Assembly (NCBI GenBank): GCA_964415965.1
Contig: CAYQCK010000003.1
Location: forward strand, 131,426-166,074
Reading direction: 5' to 3'
DNA from: an uncultured Gammaproteobacteria bacterium
GTDB lineage: Bacteria; Patescibacteriota; Patescibacteriia; 2-12-FULL-60-25
Length of the DNA stretch: 34,649 nucleotides
In this document: piece by piece, positions 1 to 9,169 of the stretch
Layout: each line of letters begins with the position of its first letter
Numbering within the stretch: position 1 is the stretch's first letter
Translations under genes and position numbers: made by a program
The notes under the pieces: model-generated
What the model was told of the DNA's origin: nothing
The model's database searches: none
The model's input: the letters and a program-made list of their open reading frames with translations, nothing else

Positions 1-984
1 CAATACTTCACGGGCGACAAGCGCCATAACGTCCTGCTCCGCGAATTCGCTTTGTCGAAAGGCTTCACGCTCAGCGAATACGGCCTGTTCCGGCGGTCGC
101 ATGGCGCTCGGAGCAAGACCCCAAAGCTCGTGGTCTGCAAAACGGAAGACGACATCTACCGAGCACTCGGCCTGGACACTCCCCCGCCCGAAATCCGCGT
201 CGGCGCCGACGAAATCGAGGCGGCTCGCGACCGCGTGCTGCCCGACCTCCTGCCCTACGGCTCGGTGAAAGGCGACCTCCAGGTCCAGACCGACTGGACA
301 GACGGCTCGGCCTCGATCGAAGACATGGCTAAGGCCGCCCAAGCCGCCGGACTCAAGTACCTGGCCGTGACCGACCACACCAAATCACTCGGCTTCATCA
401 ACGGACTGGACGAAAAACGCCTGGCCAAGCAAGGCCGCGAAATCGACGCCCTGAACAAGCGGCTCCGCGGCTTCACCGTCCTGAAAGGCACGGAATGCGA
501 CATCCGCAAGGACGGCTCGCTCGACCTGTCAGACGCCGCGCTGGCGAAATTGGATTGGGTCGGCGTCTCCATCCACTCGGCTTTCCAGCTCCCTCGCGCC
601 GAGCAGACCAAGCGCATCGTCAAAGCCCTCTCGAACCCGAACGTCGATTGCTTCTTCCATCCGACCTGCCGTCTCATCGGCAAACGCGAACCCATCGATT
701 ACGACTTTGACGAGGTGCTGTCAGTGGCCAAGAAGCACCGCGTCGCGCTCGAAATCGACGCCTATCCCGACCGCTCCGACCTGAACGACCGCCACGTCCG
801 CGCAGCGATCAAAGCCGGGGTTCCGCTCGTCATCGACACCGACGCCCATCATCCGGACCACTTCCGCTTCATCCGCTTCGGCGAATCCATCGCCCGACGC
901 GGCTGGGCGACTGAAGCCGACATCCTCAATACGAAATCCGCCAAACGGCTCCTGGGCCACCTGGCCAAAAAACGACGGGGTTGA
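1..984 (+). CDS. polX: DNA polymerase X family protein, C-terminal PHP (polymerase/histidinol phosphatase) domain; 5'-partial, the reading frame is open back to base 1
   Basis: The frame-1 ORF continues upstream of the listed M at 52 with no stop (QYFTGDKRHNVLLREFALSKGFTLSEYGLF...). His/Asp-rich PHP motifs are present (AVTDHT, GTECDI, SIHSAF, DTDAHH), typical of a PolX C-terminus. Confidence 0.75.
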   Translation, partial: QYFTGDKRHNVLLREFALSKGFTLSEYGLFRRSHGARSKTPKLVVCKTEDDIYRALGLDTPPPEIRVGADEIEAARDRVLPDLLPYGSVKGDLQVQTDWTDGSASIEDMAKAAQAAGLKYLAVTDHTKSLGFINGLDEKRLAKQGREIDALNKRLRGFTVLKGTECDIRKDGSLDLSDAALAKLDWVGVSIHSAFQLPRAEQTKRIVKALSNPNVDCFFHPTCRLIGKREPIDYDFDEVLSVAKKHRVALEIDAYPDRSDLNDRHVRAAIKAGVPLVIDTDAHHPDHFRFIRFGESIARRGWATEADILNTKSAKRLLGHLAKKRRG

Positions 985-998
985 TTCAATAGTGGCCC

Positions 999-1874
999 AT
1001 GTCGTCACTCGGACTCGCTTTGGCTTTCGGCGCCCTCTTCGGTTGGGCAGTCGGTGATTTTTTCATCCAACGAGCCACCCGAGCCATCGGCATCACAAAA
1101 AGCCTTTTCTTCATCGGCTTGGCCGGAGCCGTCCTGCTTTTCCCGAACGCTTTGCCCGAGATAGTCCCCGCCTTGACCGACTATGGCCGGTGGCCGCTGT
1201 TGGTTTCCGTATGCGTCATCGTCATCCTGGCCGCCTTCGCCAATTTCCAGGGGCTGAAAAAGGGGAAACTCTCCGTCGTCTTGCCCCTCACCGGCCTTGA
1301 GCTTCCCGTGACCCTTGCCTTGACCACCTTCCTTGGCCGCGAAATCCTCTCCACGGAAACCTATCTCTTCATGGCCGCCACGGCTCTCGGGATTTTCCTG
1401 ACCACCCTGACCGGCTTAAGCGATTTGAGCCGATTGAAATTCGAAAGCGGCACTTTCTATGCCCTTGGCGGCGCCATCGGTTTAGGCATCACCAACTTCC
1501 TCGTCGGCCAAGCTAGCCGGACCTACTCGCCCATCTTTACCCTCTGGCTCACCCACACGGTCGCGTTCTTGGTGGCTGCCGCCTTCCTCTTCAGGTCCGG
1601 AAACCTGCGCCTGGGTTCCCTGGTTTCGGACCTGAAGAAATATCCGGCCACGATCGCCTCGCAAAGCATCTTGGACAACGTCGCCTGGCTGAGCTACGCC
1701 TACTCCACGACGCTCATACCCATCGGCATCGCCGCCACCATCAGCGAATGCTTCATCGTCGTCGGAACCGTTTTCGGCGTCGTATTCAACAAAGAAAAGC
1801 TCCGGTTCCATCAGACCATCGGGATAATCATCGCCTTTTGCGGCATTCTGGCCCTCTCCTCCATGGCGGGATGA
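999..1874 (+). CDS. DMT-superfamily (EamA-like) transporter, ~10 TM helices
   Basis: 291 aa, strongly hydrophobic throughout with two homologous halves, as expected for EamA/DMT permeases. Confidence 0.6.
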   Translation: MSSLGLALAFGALFGWAVGDFFIQRATRAIGITKSLFFIGLAGAVLLFPNALPEIVPALTDYGRWPLLVSVCVIVILAAFANFQGLKKGKLSVVLPLTGLELPVTLALTTFLGREILSTETYLFMAATALGIFLTTLTGLSDLSRLKFESGTFYALGGAIGLGITNFLVGQASRTYSPIFTLWLTHTVAFLVAAAFLFRSGNLRLGSLVSDLKKYPATIASQSILDNVAWLSYAYSTTLIPIGIAATISECFIVVGTVFGVVFNKEKLRFHQTIGIIIAFCGILALSSMAG

Positions 1875-1905
1875 CGAACCCCGGCGCTAGGCCGGGGCTC
1901 TGTTT

Positions 1906-2328
1906 TTATTGGACCTCCTCGAACCATATCTTCTTCTCATGTTCCGCTTCCTCGATATGCGCCAGCCAGAGTTTTACCTCCAGGTCCGGCCATTTGGCTT
2001 TGACGACGTCGCGGGCTTCTTTTAGGTCACCGGTCAGCTTGGCGTATTCGGCTTCATCGCTCTCGAAAGACTTCCGGCCGCCATACGCGCCGCAGTCCAG
2101 GTGATTGACCAGGTTGACCTCTTTCATCTCATGCAAGGTCTTTGAGATTTCGATCTGCCTCAAGGCGAAAGCTTGGGTCTCGGGATTCACGATATTCTTG
2201 GCCGCGCCGGCGAACGACACGAGGTCGCAGTCGTCCATGAGCGAATGCTCGGTCACGAACTCCTTCATCTTGGACCCGAAGCGGAAATCCATGCAGTGCA
2301 TGAGGAGGGATTTGCAGATGTGGGACAT
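1906..2328 (-). CDS. small beta-carbonic-anhydrase-like protein (140 aa)
   Basis: Motifs C-M-D-F-R (CxDxR), CDLVSFAGAAKNIV (compare beta-CA GDLFVVRNAGNIV) and HLDCGAYGG (HxxCG) match the beta-CA zinc-site architecture. The start was moved to the internal ATG at 2328 because the longer ORF overlaps tRNA-Leu. Local GC is lower than the window average. Confidence 0.45.
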   Translation of the reverse strand: MSHICKSLLMHCMDFRFGSKMKEFVTEHSLMDDCDLVSFAGAAKNIVNPETQAFALRQIEISKTLHEMKEVNLVNHLDCGAYGGRKSFESDEAEYAKLTGDLKEARDVVKAKWPDLEVKLWLAHIEEAEHEKKIWFEEVQ

Positions 2329-2358
2329 AATCAGAATCTGGGTAACGTTATTTTTATT

Positions 2359-2442
2359 TGGTGCCCGGGGTGGGACTCGAACCCACATGCCTTGCGGCTA
2401 CGGATTTTAAGTCCGCTGCGTATACCATTCCGCCACCCGGGC
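2359..2442 (-). tRNA. tRNA-Leu (anticodon UAA), class II with long variable arm, CCA encoded
   Basis: Reverse complement reads GCCCGGGUGGCGGAAUGGUAUACGCAGCGGACUUAAAAUCCGUAGCCGCAAGGCAUGUGGGUUCGAGUCCCACCCCGGGCACCA. It has a 7-bp acceptor stem, anticodon loop CUUAAAA and T-loop GGUUCGAGUCC. Confidence 0.9.
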
Positions 2443-2449
2443 GCGAATT

Positions 2450-2797
2450 TCAACTTGCCGACTTGCTTGCCGGTGCCTCCATGTCGCTCAACAAGTCCTC
2501 CAAAACTTCCTTTTCGCCCAGCAGCTCCCCGCGTATCTGTTGCAGCTGGTCGATATTGAATTTCCAACTGTTGCTAAAGACATGGTAAGGCAAAGTGATG
2601 TCCTCCATCACTATCTCATTATGCGGCACCTCGCGCTCCAACCGCGTGAGGTTGTCCGTCCAATCGCCCAGGACGGTTTCGCAATTCTCCAGGCTCTTCT
2701 CGATCTCCCCGAGCCGCTTCCGGATTTCTTCCTTGCTCTTGGGGAGCTCCTTGGACGGATCGCCCGATTCGATCCGCAGATTAATCATCTCCGGCAT
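2450..2797 (-). CDS. hypothetical small acidic protein (115 aa)
   Basis: Balanced, charged composition in contrast to the R/L-rich antisense ORF 2540..3193. Sits in a lower-GC patch next to the tRNA and abuts the next small ORF with a 3-nt gap. Confidence 0.45.
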   Translation of the reverse strand: MPEMINLRIESGDPSKELPKSKEEIRKRLGEIEKSLENCETVLGDWTDNLTRLEREVPHNEIVMEDITLPYHVFSNSWKFNIDQLQQIRGELLGEKEVLEDLLSDMEAPASKSAS

Positions 2798-2800
2798 ATA

Positions 2801-3013
2801 TCAAGAGTTGAGCTGCTGGGCCAGCCAAGCCAGGCGCGAATTGACGTCGTCCGGCATGGAATCAAGCGCTTTCTTGGCGCGCTCTCCCTGGACCTTGAGG
2901 AATTCGATGCGCGAATCGACGGCATGCGCCTTGCTGGCGATGGCCTGCAGGGTCGATGCGCGGTGCGTCTGATGCACCGCCGCGATCTTCCTGACCTGGA
3001 AATTCTGTTGCAT
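2801..3013 (-). CDS. hypothetical small protein (70 aa), apparently co-transcribed with 2450..2797
   Basis: ORF ends 3 nt before the start of the downstream small gene, and composition is protein-like. Confidence 0.35.
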   Translation of the reverse strand: MQQNFQVRKIAAVHQTHRASTLQAIASKAHAVDSRIEFLKVQGERAKKALDSMPDDVNSRLAWLAQQLNS

Positions 3014-3414
3014 ACCGCCGTGAGCTTAACCCAATTTCCGCCAAAAGCAAAGCCCCGAACCAGGTCGGGGCCGAGGTCACAGGTACTCGCCGGATTTTCC
3101 GGCGGTTGCGGCGGGCAAAGTGTAGAGCGGCCTGGCATCGAGCCGTTCTTGGTCCAGATCCGACTCCAGATAAGTGCGGCCGCAGCGCTCTAACGCCGGC
3201 TGGCGCGCCGACGGCGTAGCCGCGGCTTCCTGCCATGAACGATACAGGTATCCGGCCATGAAAGCCGTTATGCCGATGAGCGCGAAGTGGACGGGGCGCA
3301 GATTCTCTTTTCCCTTCCGCATCTTCTCCTCCCTGCGTGTATTTGACGAAAGGACTCGCCGCACTGAACCATGTCCTTCGGGAACAATCAAGGCCGGGAT
3401 GGTAGAATACCGGC

Positions 3415-4668
3415 ATGGTCCACCCTCTGAAGAAAATCTTCGCCCGGCTCGGCCCCGGCTTCATCACCGGCTCGTCGGATGACGACCCGTCGGGCATCGC
3501 CACCTATACCCAAGTCGGGGCGCAATTCGGCCTGAGCCAGCTTTGGACCGTGCCCTTCAACCTGCCGCTCATGCTCGCCATCCAAGAGATGGTCGGCCGC
3601 ATCGGCATGGTCACGGGCCAGGGCCTGACCTCGGTCCTGCGCAAGCATTATTCGAAAATCTTGGTTTGGTTGGTCGTGCTCCTGGTCTTCGTAGCCAACA
3701 CCATCAACCTCGGCGCCGACCTCGGCGCCATGGCCGACTCGACCCGGCTCCTGTTCCCCGCCCTCCCCTTCCCCGCCCTGCTCATCGCCTTCACCGTACT
3801 CATCCTGATACTCGAGATCTTCCTGACCTATCGCACGTATGCCGAAGTGCTCAAATGGTTCGCCCTAAGCCTGCTCGGCTACGCCGTCACGGCCTTCATC
3901 GTCACGGCGGATTGGGGCGCGGTCCTGCGCGACTCTTTCGTGCCGACCTTCTCCCTCGACCGCGATTTCATCACGGCTATCGTCGCCCTGCTCGGGACCA
4001 CCATCTCGCCCTACCTTTTCATCTGGCAGGCGGACGAGGAAGTCGAAGAGGAGATCGCGGCCGGACGCTCGTCCATCGCCCAACGCCGGGGCGCGACCAA
4101 AAAAGAGATTTCGAGCATGCGCCGCGATACCTTCATCGGCATGACGTTCTCGCAGATCATCACCTTCTTCATCATCGTGACCGCGGCCGGCACGTTCTTC
4201 CGCCACGGCCTGCACGACATCCAGACCACGGCCCAAGCCGCCAGCGCGCTCGAACCCTTGGCCGGGCGCTTCGCCGCGCACATCTTCGCCTTGGGAGTCA
4301 TCGGCACCGGCCTCCTGGCTGTGCCCGTACTCTCGGCTTCGGCCTCCTACGCCCTGTCCGAGGCCCTCGGCTGGAAGAATGGCCTGTACAAGAAACTGCG
4401 CGAGGCGCACGGCTTCTACGGCGCCATCACCATCGCCACCTTCATCGGCCTGCTCATCAACTTCGTCGGCGTCAGCCCGATCAAAGCGCTGTATTGGACC
4501 GCGGTCCTGAACGGCGTCATCACGCCCCCGCTCGTCCTCATCATCCTGCTCGTGGCCAACAACAAGAAAATCATGGGCCGCTGGATAAACGGCCGCTGGG
4601 CCAACCTGTTCGGCGGGATTTGCCTCGTGGCGACGACCTTGGCGGTCGCGCTCCTGTTCGTGCTTTGA
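3415..4668 (+). CDS. mntH: NRAMP-family divalent metal (Mn2+/Fe2+) transporter
   Basis: N-terminal GPGFITGSSDDDPSGIATYTQ matches the NRAMP signature GPGFLMSIAYxDPGN. 417 aa, about 11 TM helices. Confidence 0.85.
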   Translation: MVHPLKKIFARLGPGFITGSSDDDPSGIATYTQVGAQFGLSQLWTVPFNLPLMLAIQEMVGRIGMVTGQGLTSVLRKHYSKILVWLVVLLVFVANTINLGADLGAMADSTRLLFPALPFPALLIAFTVLILILEIFLTYRTYAEVLKWFALSLLGYAVTAFIVTADWGAVLRDSFVPTFSLDRDFITAIVALLGTTISPYLFIWQADEEVEEEIAAGRSSIAQRRGATKKEISSMRRDTFIGMTFSQIITFFIIVTAAGTFFRHGLHDIQTTAQAASALEPLAGRFAAHIFALGVIGTGLLAVPVLSASASYALSEALGWKNGLYKKLREAHGFYGAITIATFIGLLINFVGVSPIKALYWTAVLNGVITPPLVLIILLVANNKKIMGRWINGRWANLFGGICLVATTLAVALLFVL

Positions 4669-4756
4669 TTAAGCAAAAAACCCCAGGAGCCTTAACATTT
4701 CGGGCTTTTTTTGCTATATTCCTCAATCTTTTGACATCTGACAAACGGAGGAAGAA

Positions 4757-5500
4757 ATGGCTCCTTACATCGGAATCACCGGCTTCATGTCCGTCCTAGA
4801 AGTCGCCCGCGTCCTGGATGAAGTACCGCCCAACACAGACCGTCGACTCATGGTCGGCGTCCTGGCCAGCAGCAAGACCTTGGCTGGCGGCACCGACAAG
4901 TATCCTGGCCGCTATCCGCCAAGGCAATTCATCAACCCGGTGTTCATGGATGACCCGCGGGCCCTGAACCTCATCCACTACGCCACGGACGACAAGTTGA
5001 CCCTCTCGACGCAGCTCGGCCTTCTCTTGGACATCGGCGGCGAACTGCTCCAGGGTTTTCAGCTCAACGTCGCCTGGCCCGACCCCAAACAGCTCGAAAG
5101 TACCAGGAAGCGTGGTGCGGCATTCGTGCTCCAGGTCGGCGGACGCGCGCTCGAGCTCGTGGACCGCGACCCGGCCAAGCTCTCCGCCCGCGTCGCCGAG
5201 TACGTCGGTCTCATCGACCACGTGCTCCTCGACCCGAGCGGCGGCCGCGGCCAACCGTTCGATCCGGATGCCGCCCGCATCTTCCTGACCGAACTTGCCG
5301 GACGCTTCCCGAATCTGGGGTTGGGCGTCGCCGGCGGACTCTCAGCCCAAATGCTCCACCTGGTCGAACCGCTCGTCCGGCAATTCCCGGAGCTGAACAT
5401 CGACGCCGAAGGCCGGCTGCGCGAGGCCTCCGACGACCACCTGTCGTTGGATCTGGCCCGCGAGTACGTCGCAGCCGCTTTCCGCCTCTTCGCCCACTGA
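4757..5500 (+). CDS. TrpF-like TIM-barrel protein (phosphoribosylanthranilate isomerase family)
   Basis: IGITGF near the N-terminus (compare TrpF ICGIT), and HVLLDPSGGRGQPFD...GVAGGLS (compare TrpF LLDxxxxGGxGxxFDW...LSGGL). GGAGG RBS sits 8 nt upstream, and a terminator follows. Confidence 0.45.
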   Translation: MAPYIGITGFMSVLEVARVLDEVPPNTDRRLMVGVLASSKTLAGGTDKYPGRYPPRQFINPVFMDDPRALNLIHYATDDKLTLSTQLGLLLDIGGELLQGFQLNVAWPDPKQLESTRKRGAAFVLQVGGRALELVDRDPAKLSARVAEYVGLIDHVLLDPSGGRGQPFDPDAARIFLTELAGRFPNLGLGVAGGLSAQMLHLVEPLVRQFPELNIDAEGRLREASDDHLSLDLAREYVAAAFRLFAH

Positions 5501-5506
5501 CCGCTA

Positions 5507-5550
5507 GACCGCCCGGTCCGAACCTTTCGGCCCGGGCGGTTTCCTTTTTC
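5507..5550 (+). terminator. rho-independent terminator after the TrpF-like gene
   Basis: GACCGCCCGG...CCGGGCGGT hairpin followed by TTCCTTTTTCC. Confidence 0.6.
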
Positions 5551-5660
5551 CGGCCTCACCCCGACGGTCTTGGCTTGACAAACGGCAGGTTTCGTCGTAT
5601 CTTACATGGTCGTTCACCTTCTTGTCCTTTGGGATAATCCGAACCTGACGAGGCCAAGCC

Positions 5661-5960
5661 ATGTCGCCCAAACTGAAGACCGCGCTCCGTTCCGTCTCCA
5701 GCCCAGCCGCAGCCGCCGACCGTCAGGTCGAGCCGCCGCCTGTCGGTTCTGTCCCGGTCGCCCCGCTCTACGAGATGCTGGCCGACGGCCAAAGCATCTG
5801 GCGCAACATGTACGATGCCGCTTACGCCTTCTGCACTTCCGATGACCTGGGCCTCGGATCGCGCGTCAAGGATCCCGTGACCGGCGAAATCCGGAACATG
5901 ACGGATGAGGAGAAACGGCACTTCTACGCCGAAGTCCAATCCCTGTCCGACAGGCGCTGA
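5661..5960 (+). CDS. hypothetical protein (99 aa)
   Basis: ORF followed immediately by a perfect intrinsic terminator. Confidence 0.45.
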   Translation: MSPKLKTALRSVSSPAAAADRQVEPPPVGSVPVAPLYEMLADGQSIWRNMYDAAYAFCTSDDLGLGSRVKDPVTGEIRNMTDEEKRHFYAEVQSLSDRR

Positions 5961-5968
5961 CCCTCTCC

Positions 5969-6003
5969 GGCCGTCCGTATCCTCGCGGACGGCCGTTTTT
6001 TTG
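5969..6003 (+). terminator. rho-independent terminator
   Basis: GGCCGTCCG-tatcctcg-CGGACGGCC followed by TTTTTTT. Confidence 0.8.
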
Positions 6004-6045
6004 CGACCTGGCCATTTCCCGCCCGAACCATTAAGCTCTAGCCAT

Positions 6046-7077
6046 ATGGACGAGGAAGCGCGTCTCATCGCCCCCGAGGCCCAAGCGGCCGAGACCGGTT
6101 TCGACCTGTCTTTGCGTCCCAAAACCCTGGCCGAGTTCATCGGCCAGCCGAAAATCAAAGAGAACCTCAGCGTCTTCCTCCAAGCCGCCAAACAGCGCGG
6201 CGAACCGTGCGAACACGTCATGCTCTACGGCCCGCCCGGCCTGGGCAAGACGACTTTGGCGCACGTCATCGCCCGCGAGATGGACGCCAACATCAAGGTC
6301 ACGAGCGGCCCGGCCCTGGAACGCGTCGGCGATTTGGCCGCCATCCTGACCAACCTCGAGGAAGGCGACATCCTGTTCATCGACGAAATCCACCGCATGA
6401 ACCGGAATATCGAGGAAGTCCTCTATCCGGCCATGGAGGATTACGCTCTCGACATCGTCATCGGCAAGGGGCCGACCGCGCGTACCCTGCGCCTGGACCT
6501 CAAGCGCTTCACCCTCATCGGCGCCACGACCCGCATCAGCTTGATTTCCGGCCCGCTGCGCGACCGCTTCGGTTCGATTTTCCATCTGGATTTCTACGGC
6601 CTCGACGAGATGGCGGCCATCGTGAAGCGCACCGCCGACCTGCTCTCCGTCCCCATCGCGGAAGGCCCGGCCCGCCTCGTCGCCAGCCGCAGCCGCCGCA
6701 CGCCGCGCATCGCCAACCGCCTGCTCAAGCGCGTCCGGGATTACGCCCAGGTCAAAGGCGACGGAGTCATGGATGACCGGACGGTCGATCTGGCCCTGGA
6801 AGCCCTTGAGATAGACCCGCGCGGCCTGGACGAGACCGACCGTCGCGTCCTGCGCCAGCTGATCGAAAAATTCAACGGCGGGCCCATCGGCCTCAACACC
6901 CTGGCCGCGGCTTTGAACGAAGAGATCGCCACGCTCGAGGACGTCATCGAACCCTTCCTGCTGCAGGAAGGGTTCCTCAACCGCACGCCGCGCGGGCGCA
7001 TGGCCACGGACGCCGCTTACGGGCATCTGGGCTACGCCATTCCGAAACGCGACAACCAACCCCCGCTTTCGGTATAA
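6046..7077 (+). CDS. ruvB: Holliday junction branch-migration ATPase RuvB
   Basis: Walker [12 protein letters not shown], Walker [10 protein letters not shown], sensor motifs and C-terminal winged helix. Start trimmed to the ATG at 6046 (MDEEARL) to avoid overlap with the upstream gene and terminator. Confidence 0.92.
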   Translation: MDEEARLIAPEAQAAETGFDLSLRPKTLAEFIGQPKIKENLSVFLQAAKQRGEPCEHVMLYGPPGLGKTTLAHVIAREMDANIKVTSGPALERVGDLAAILTNLEEGDILFIDEIHRMNRNIEEVLYPAMEDYALDIVIGKGPTARTLRLDLKRFTLIGATTRISLISGPLRDRFGSIFHLDFYGLDEMAAIVKRTADLLSVPIAEGPARLVASRSRRTPRIANRLLKRVRDYAQVKGDGVMDDRTVDLALEALEIDPRGLDETDRRVLRQLIEKFNGGPIGLNTLAAALNEEIATLEDVIEPFLLQEGFLNRTPRGRMATDAAYGHLGYAIPKRDNQPPLSV

Positions 7078-7087
7078 TGCTGGACGT

Positions 7088-7351
7088 ATGATTCCACTGC
7101 TCTATTTCCTCATCGCCTGGGGCGCATTTATCCTGATTTTCGGCGTCATGACGCTCTTGGCCATCCTGCAGATGATGCGTTTCGGCATCGCCGGCCTCGG
7201 CACCTATGCCTCGACCTTCCTGTTCATGGCCGTCAGCGTCGTGACCGTCCTGGGCTGCATCGTCTATTTTTCGACGGTCGATTGGAGCCAGGGCGTGAAC
7301 CTCTTCGGCGGCTTGGCCAATTCGCCGTTCTTCAACCCTAGCCCGACCTGA
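7088..7351 (+). CDS. small integral membrane protein (87 aa, 2-3 TM)
   Basis: Hydrophobic ORF 11 nt after ruvB; low-complexity hydrophobic composition. Confidence 0.4.
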   Translation: MIPLLYFLIAWGAFILIFGVMTLLAILQMMRFGIAGLGTYASTFLFMAVSVVTVLGCIVYFSTVDWSQGVNLFGGLANSPFFNPSPT

Positions 7352-7355
7352 ACCT

Positions 7356-7973
7356 ATGCTGGACCTCCATCATCTCCCGGGATCCGACCTTAAGGAACAG
7401 AAGCTTTTGCTGTTCCGCCGGCACCCCATCACCCTCGTCCCCCTGATCCTGACGACCGCGGTGGTCTTGGTCCTGCCGGCGGCCGGATATCTCGCCCTGG
7501 CGTTCCTCAAGCCCGGCTTCCTCGAAGAGCCGGGTTATCTGACGCTGTACGTCCTCGGGGCAAGCGCGTTTTTCCTCTTCGGCCTGCTCTTCGCCTTCCA
7601 GATGTTCATCGAATATTGGCTGGACGTCTTCATCGTCACCGACAAGCGCATCCTCGATATCGACCAGCACGGCCTGTTCAGCCGCACCGTTTCCGAGCTC
7701 AGGCTCTACCGGGCCCAGGACGTGACCGCTGAGGTCAAAGGCATGCTCCATTCCATCATCGACTACGGCGACGTCTACGTGCAGACCGCCGGCGAGATCG
7801 AGCGCTTCCGTTTCGAGGATGTCCCCCACCCCAACCACGTCGCCAAACTCATCCTCGAACTGGCCGAGGAAGACCGCAAAGATCATCTGGAGGCGGCCGT
7901 CGAGGAATTCGCGATGCCGGAAAAAGGAGACTTGCCGAACAAGGAAAAGCTCGCCCGCCGCATCGAGCCGTAG
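7356..7973 (+). CDS. membrane protein with bacterial PH (bPH_2/DUF304, YdbT-like) domain
   Basis: Two N-terminal TM helices followed by a ~120 aa soluble domain (FIVTDKRILDID...TVSELRLYRAQDV...GDVYVQT), typical of bPH_2. Confidence 0.5.
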   Translation: MLDLHHLPGSDLKEQKLLLFRRHPITLVPLILTTAVVLVLPAAGYLALAFLKPGFLEEPGYLTLYVLGASAFFLFGLLFAFQMFIEYWLDVFIVTDKRILDIDQHGLFSRTVSELRLYRAQDVTAEVKGMLHSIIDYGDVYVQTAGEIERFRFEDVPHPNHVAKLILELAEEDRKDHLEAAVEEFAMPEKGDLPNKEKLARRIEP

Positions 7974-8088
7974 CTGGACGACGAACGACAGACCGGGACG
8001 CGCCGAAAAGGCGCGTCCTTTGCGTCTTGGGCGCTTTGACCGGAACCCCTGTCCGTGCTTCAATATCCGCGCTCATTCCGGAGGCACT

Positions 8089-9114
8089 ATGCAGAACAAC
8101 ATCACCGGCCGCTACTTTTCCCAAGGCGACTTCTCGCTCCGCGCCGACGAGGTCCTGGACTTCGTCAGCCGCGAAACCGGGTTCAAGGCGGAACAGGAGA
8201 TCTTCCGCGGCTTCATCTACGACCGCAACAAGGTCGGGAGCCTGATATACCGCGGGATCTGGCGCAACCGGCCGGCCGTACTCAAGCTCCAAGGGCTCAA
8301 ACCGGAACTCGACGAAGGCGCGATCCTGGCGGCATTCGCCGCCCAAAACCGGAGCCGGCTCGTGCGTCTGCCCGAGCTCTACGTCCACGTCCCCTGGTCC
8401 GACGACCTCGGCTGCATGTACCTGATCAGCGAATACGTGGACGCGCCGCATATCTTCGAGCCGCCGACGGCGACCGCGGACCAGACGGCTGACTTCTGCC
8501 GCTTCTACCAGGAATACCGCACCGCCGGCGTGCGCGAACCATGGATTGACGCTCCGGAGGCCAGCGCCCTTGAGGCCACCATGGCCAAGATGCTGCACTG
8601 GCTCAGGATCTGTTCTGACAAAGGTCGGATCGCCCCGGATGTCGTCGCCCCGCGCTTCAGCCGCTTCGCCGCCATCGCCGAAAAGCGCCTGCGCGGCGAA
8701 TCCTTGGTGTTCGGGCACGGCCATCTGACCGCCGACGACATCTTCAAGCCGCCAAGCGGCGGTTACGTCCTGATGTCGAACCTCTTCTGGGGTTGGCGCT
8801 TGCCCTGGTATGACCTGGCGTTCAACCTCTGGTCCTGCAACCTCCGCCTCCGCGACACCGGCATCGACTTCGCTGGCTTCCTCAAGATGCAGGATGCCTG
8901 GCGCGAAGCCTACCGGAGCATCCCCGTCGTCCAGGGCGACCCGGACTTCGACCGCCGCTTCGCTTTCGTGATGCTCGAGCGGACGCTCGGCGCCATCTTG
9001 GCCGACATCGGCGCCGGCGACTTCTTCGGCCGGTCCGAGAACGCCGGCCACTTCCGGCACCTGCTGGAGCTGCATCTCCGCTACTTCGACGACTTGGCCA
9101 GCCAGCTGGCTTGA
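8089..9114 (+). CDS. kinase-like phosphotransferase (APH/choline-kinase fold)
   Basis: FGHGHLTADDIF resembles the HGDxxxxN catalytic loop, and WYDLAFNLWS is DxG-like. Start placed at the ATG at 8089 (MQNNITG) because the longer ORF overlaps the upstream gene. Confidence 0.45.
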   Translation: MQNNITGRYFSQGDFSLRADEVLDFVSRETGFKAEQEIFRGFIYDRNKVGSLIYRGIWRNRPAVLKLQGLKPELDEGAILAAFAAQNRSRLVRLPELYVHVPWSDDLGCMYLISEYVDAPHIFEPPTATADQTADFCRFYQEYRTAGVREPWIDAPEASALEATMAKMLHWLRICSDKGRIAPDVVAPRFSRFAAIAEKRLRGESLVFGHGHLTADDIFKPPSGGYVLMSNLFWGWRLPWYDLAFNLWSCNLRLRDTGIDFAGFLKMQDAWREAYRSIPVVQGDPDFDRRFAFVMLERTLGAILADIGAGDFFGRSENAGHFRHLLELHLRYFDDLASQLA

Positions 9115-9137
9115 CCGGAGTCCGCGTGCCAAACGCA

Positions 9138-9169
9138 AAGCCCACCATTCCGAGGTGGGCTTGTTTTTT
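9138..9169. terminator. bidirectional intrinsic terminator between convergent genes
   Basis: AAAGCCCACC-attccgag-GGTGGGCTT followed by GTTTTTTA; it is A-rich on the opposite strand. Confidence 0.65.

Noticed and set aside
3077-3391. 104-aa - strand ORF in the mntH upstream region
   Set aside because: It occupies the probable promoter/leader of mntH and has no RBS and odd composition. Left as an unannotated, doubtful ORF.
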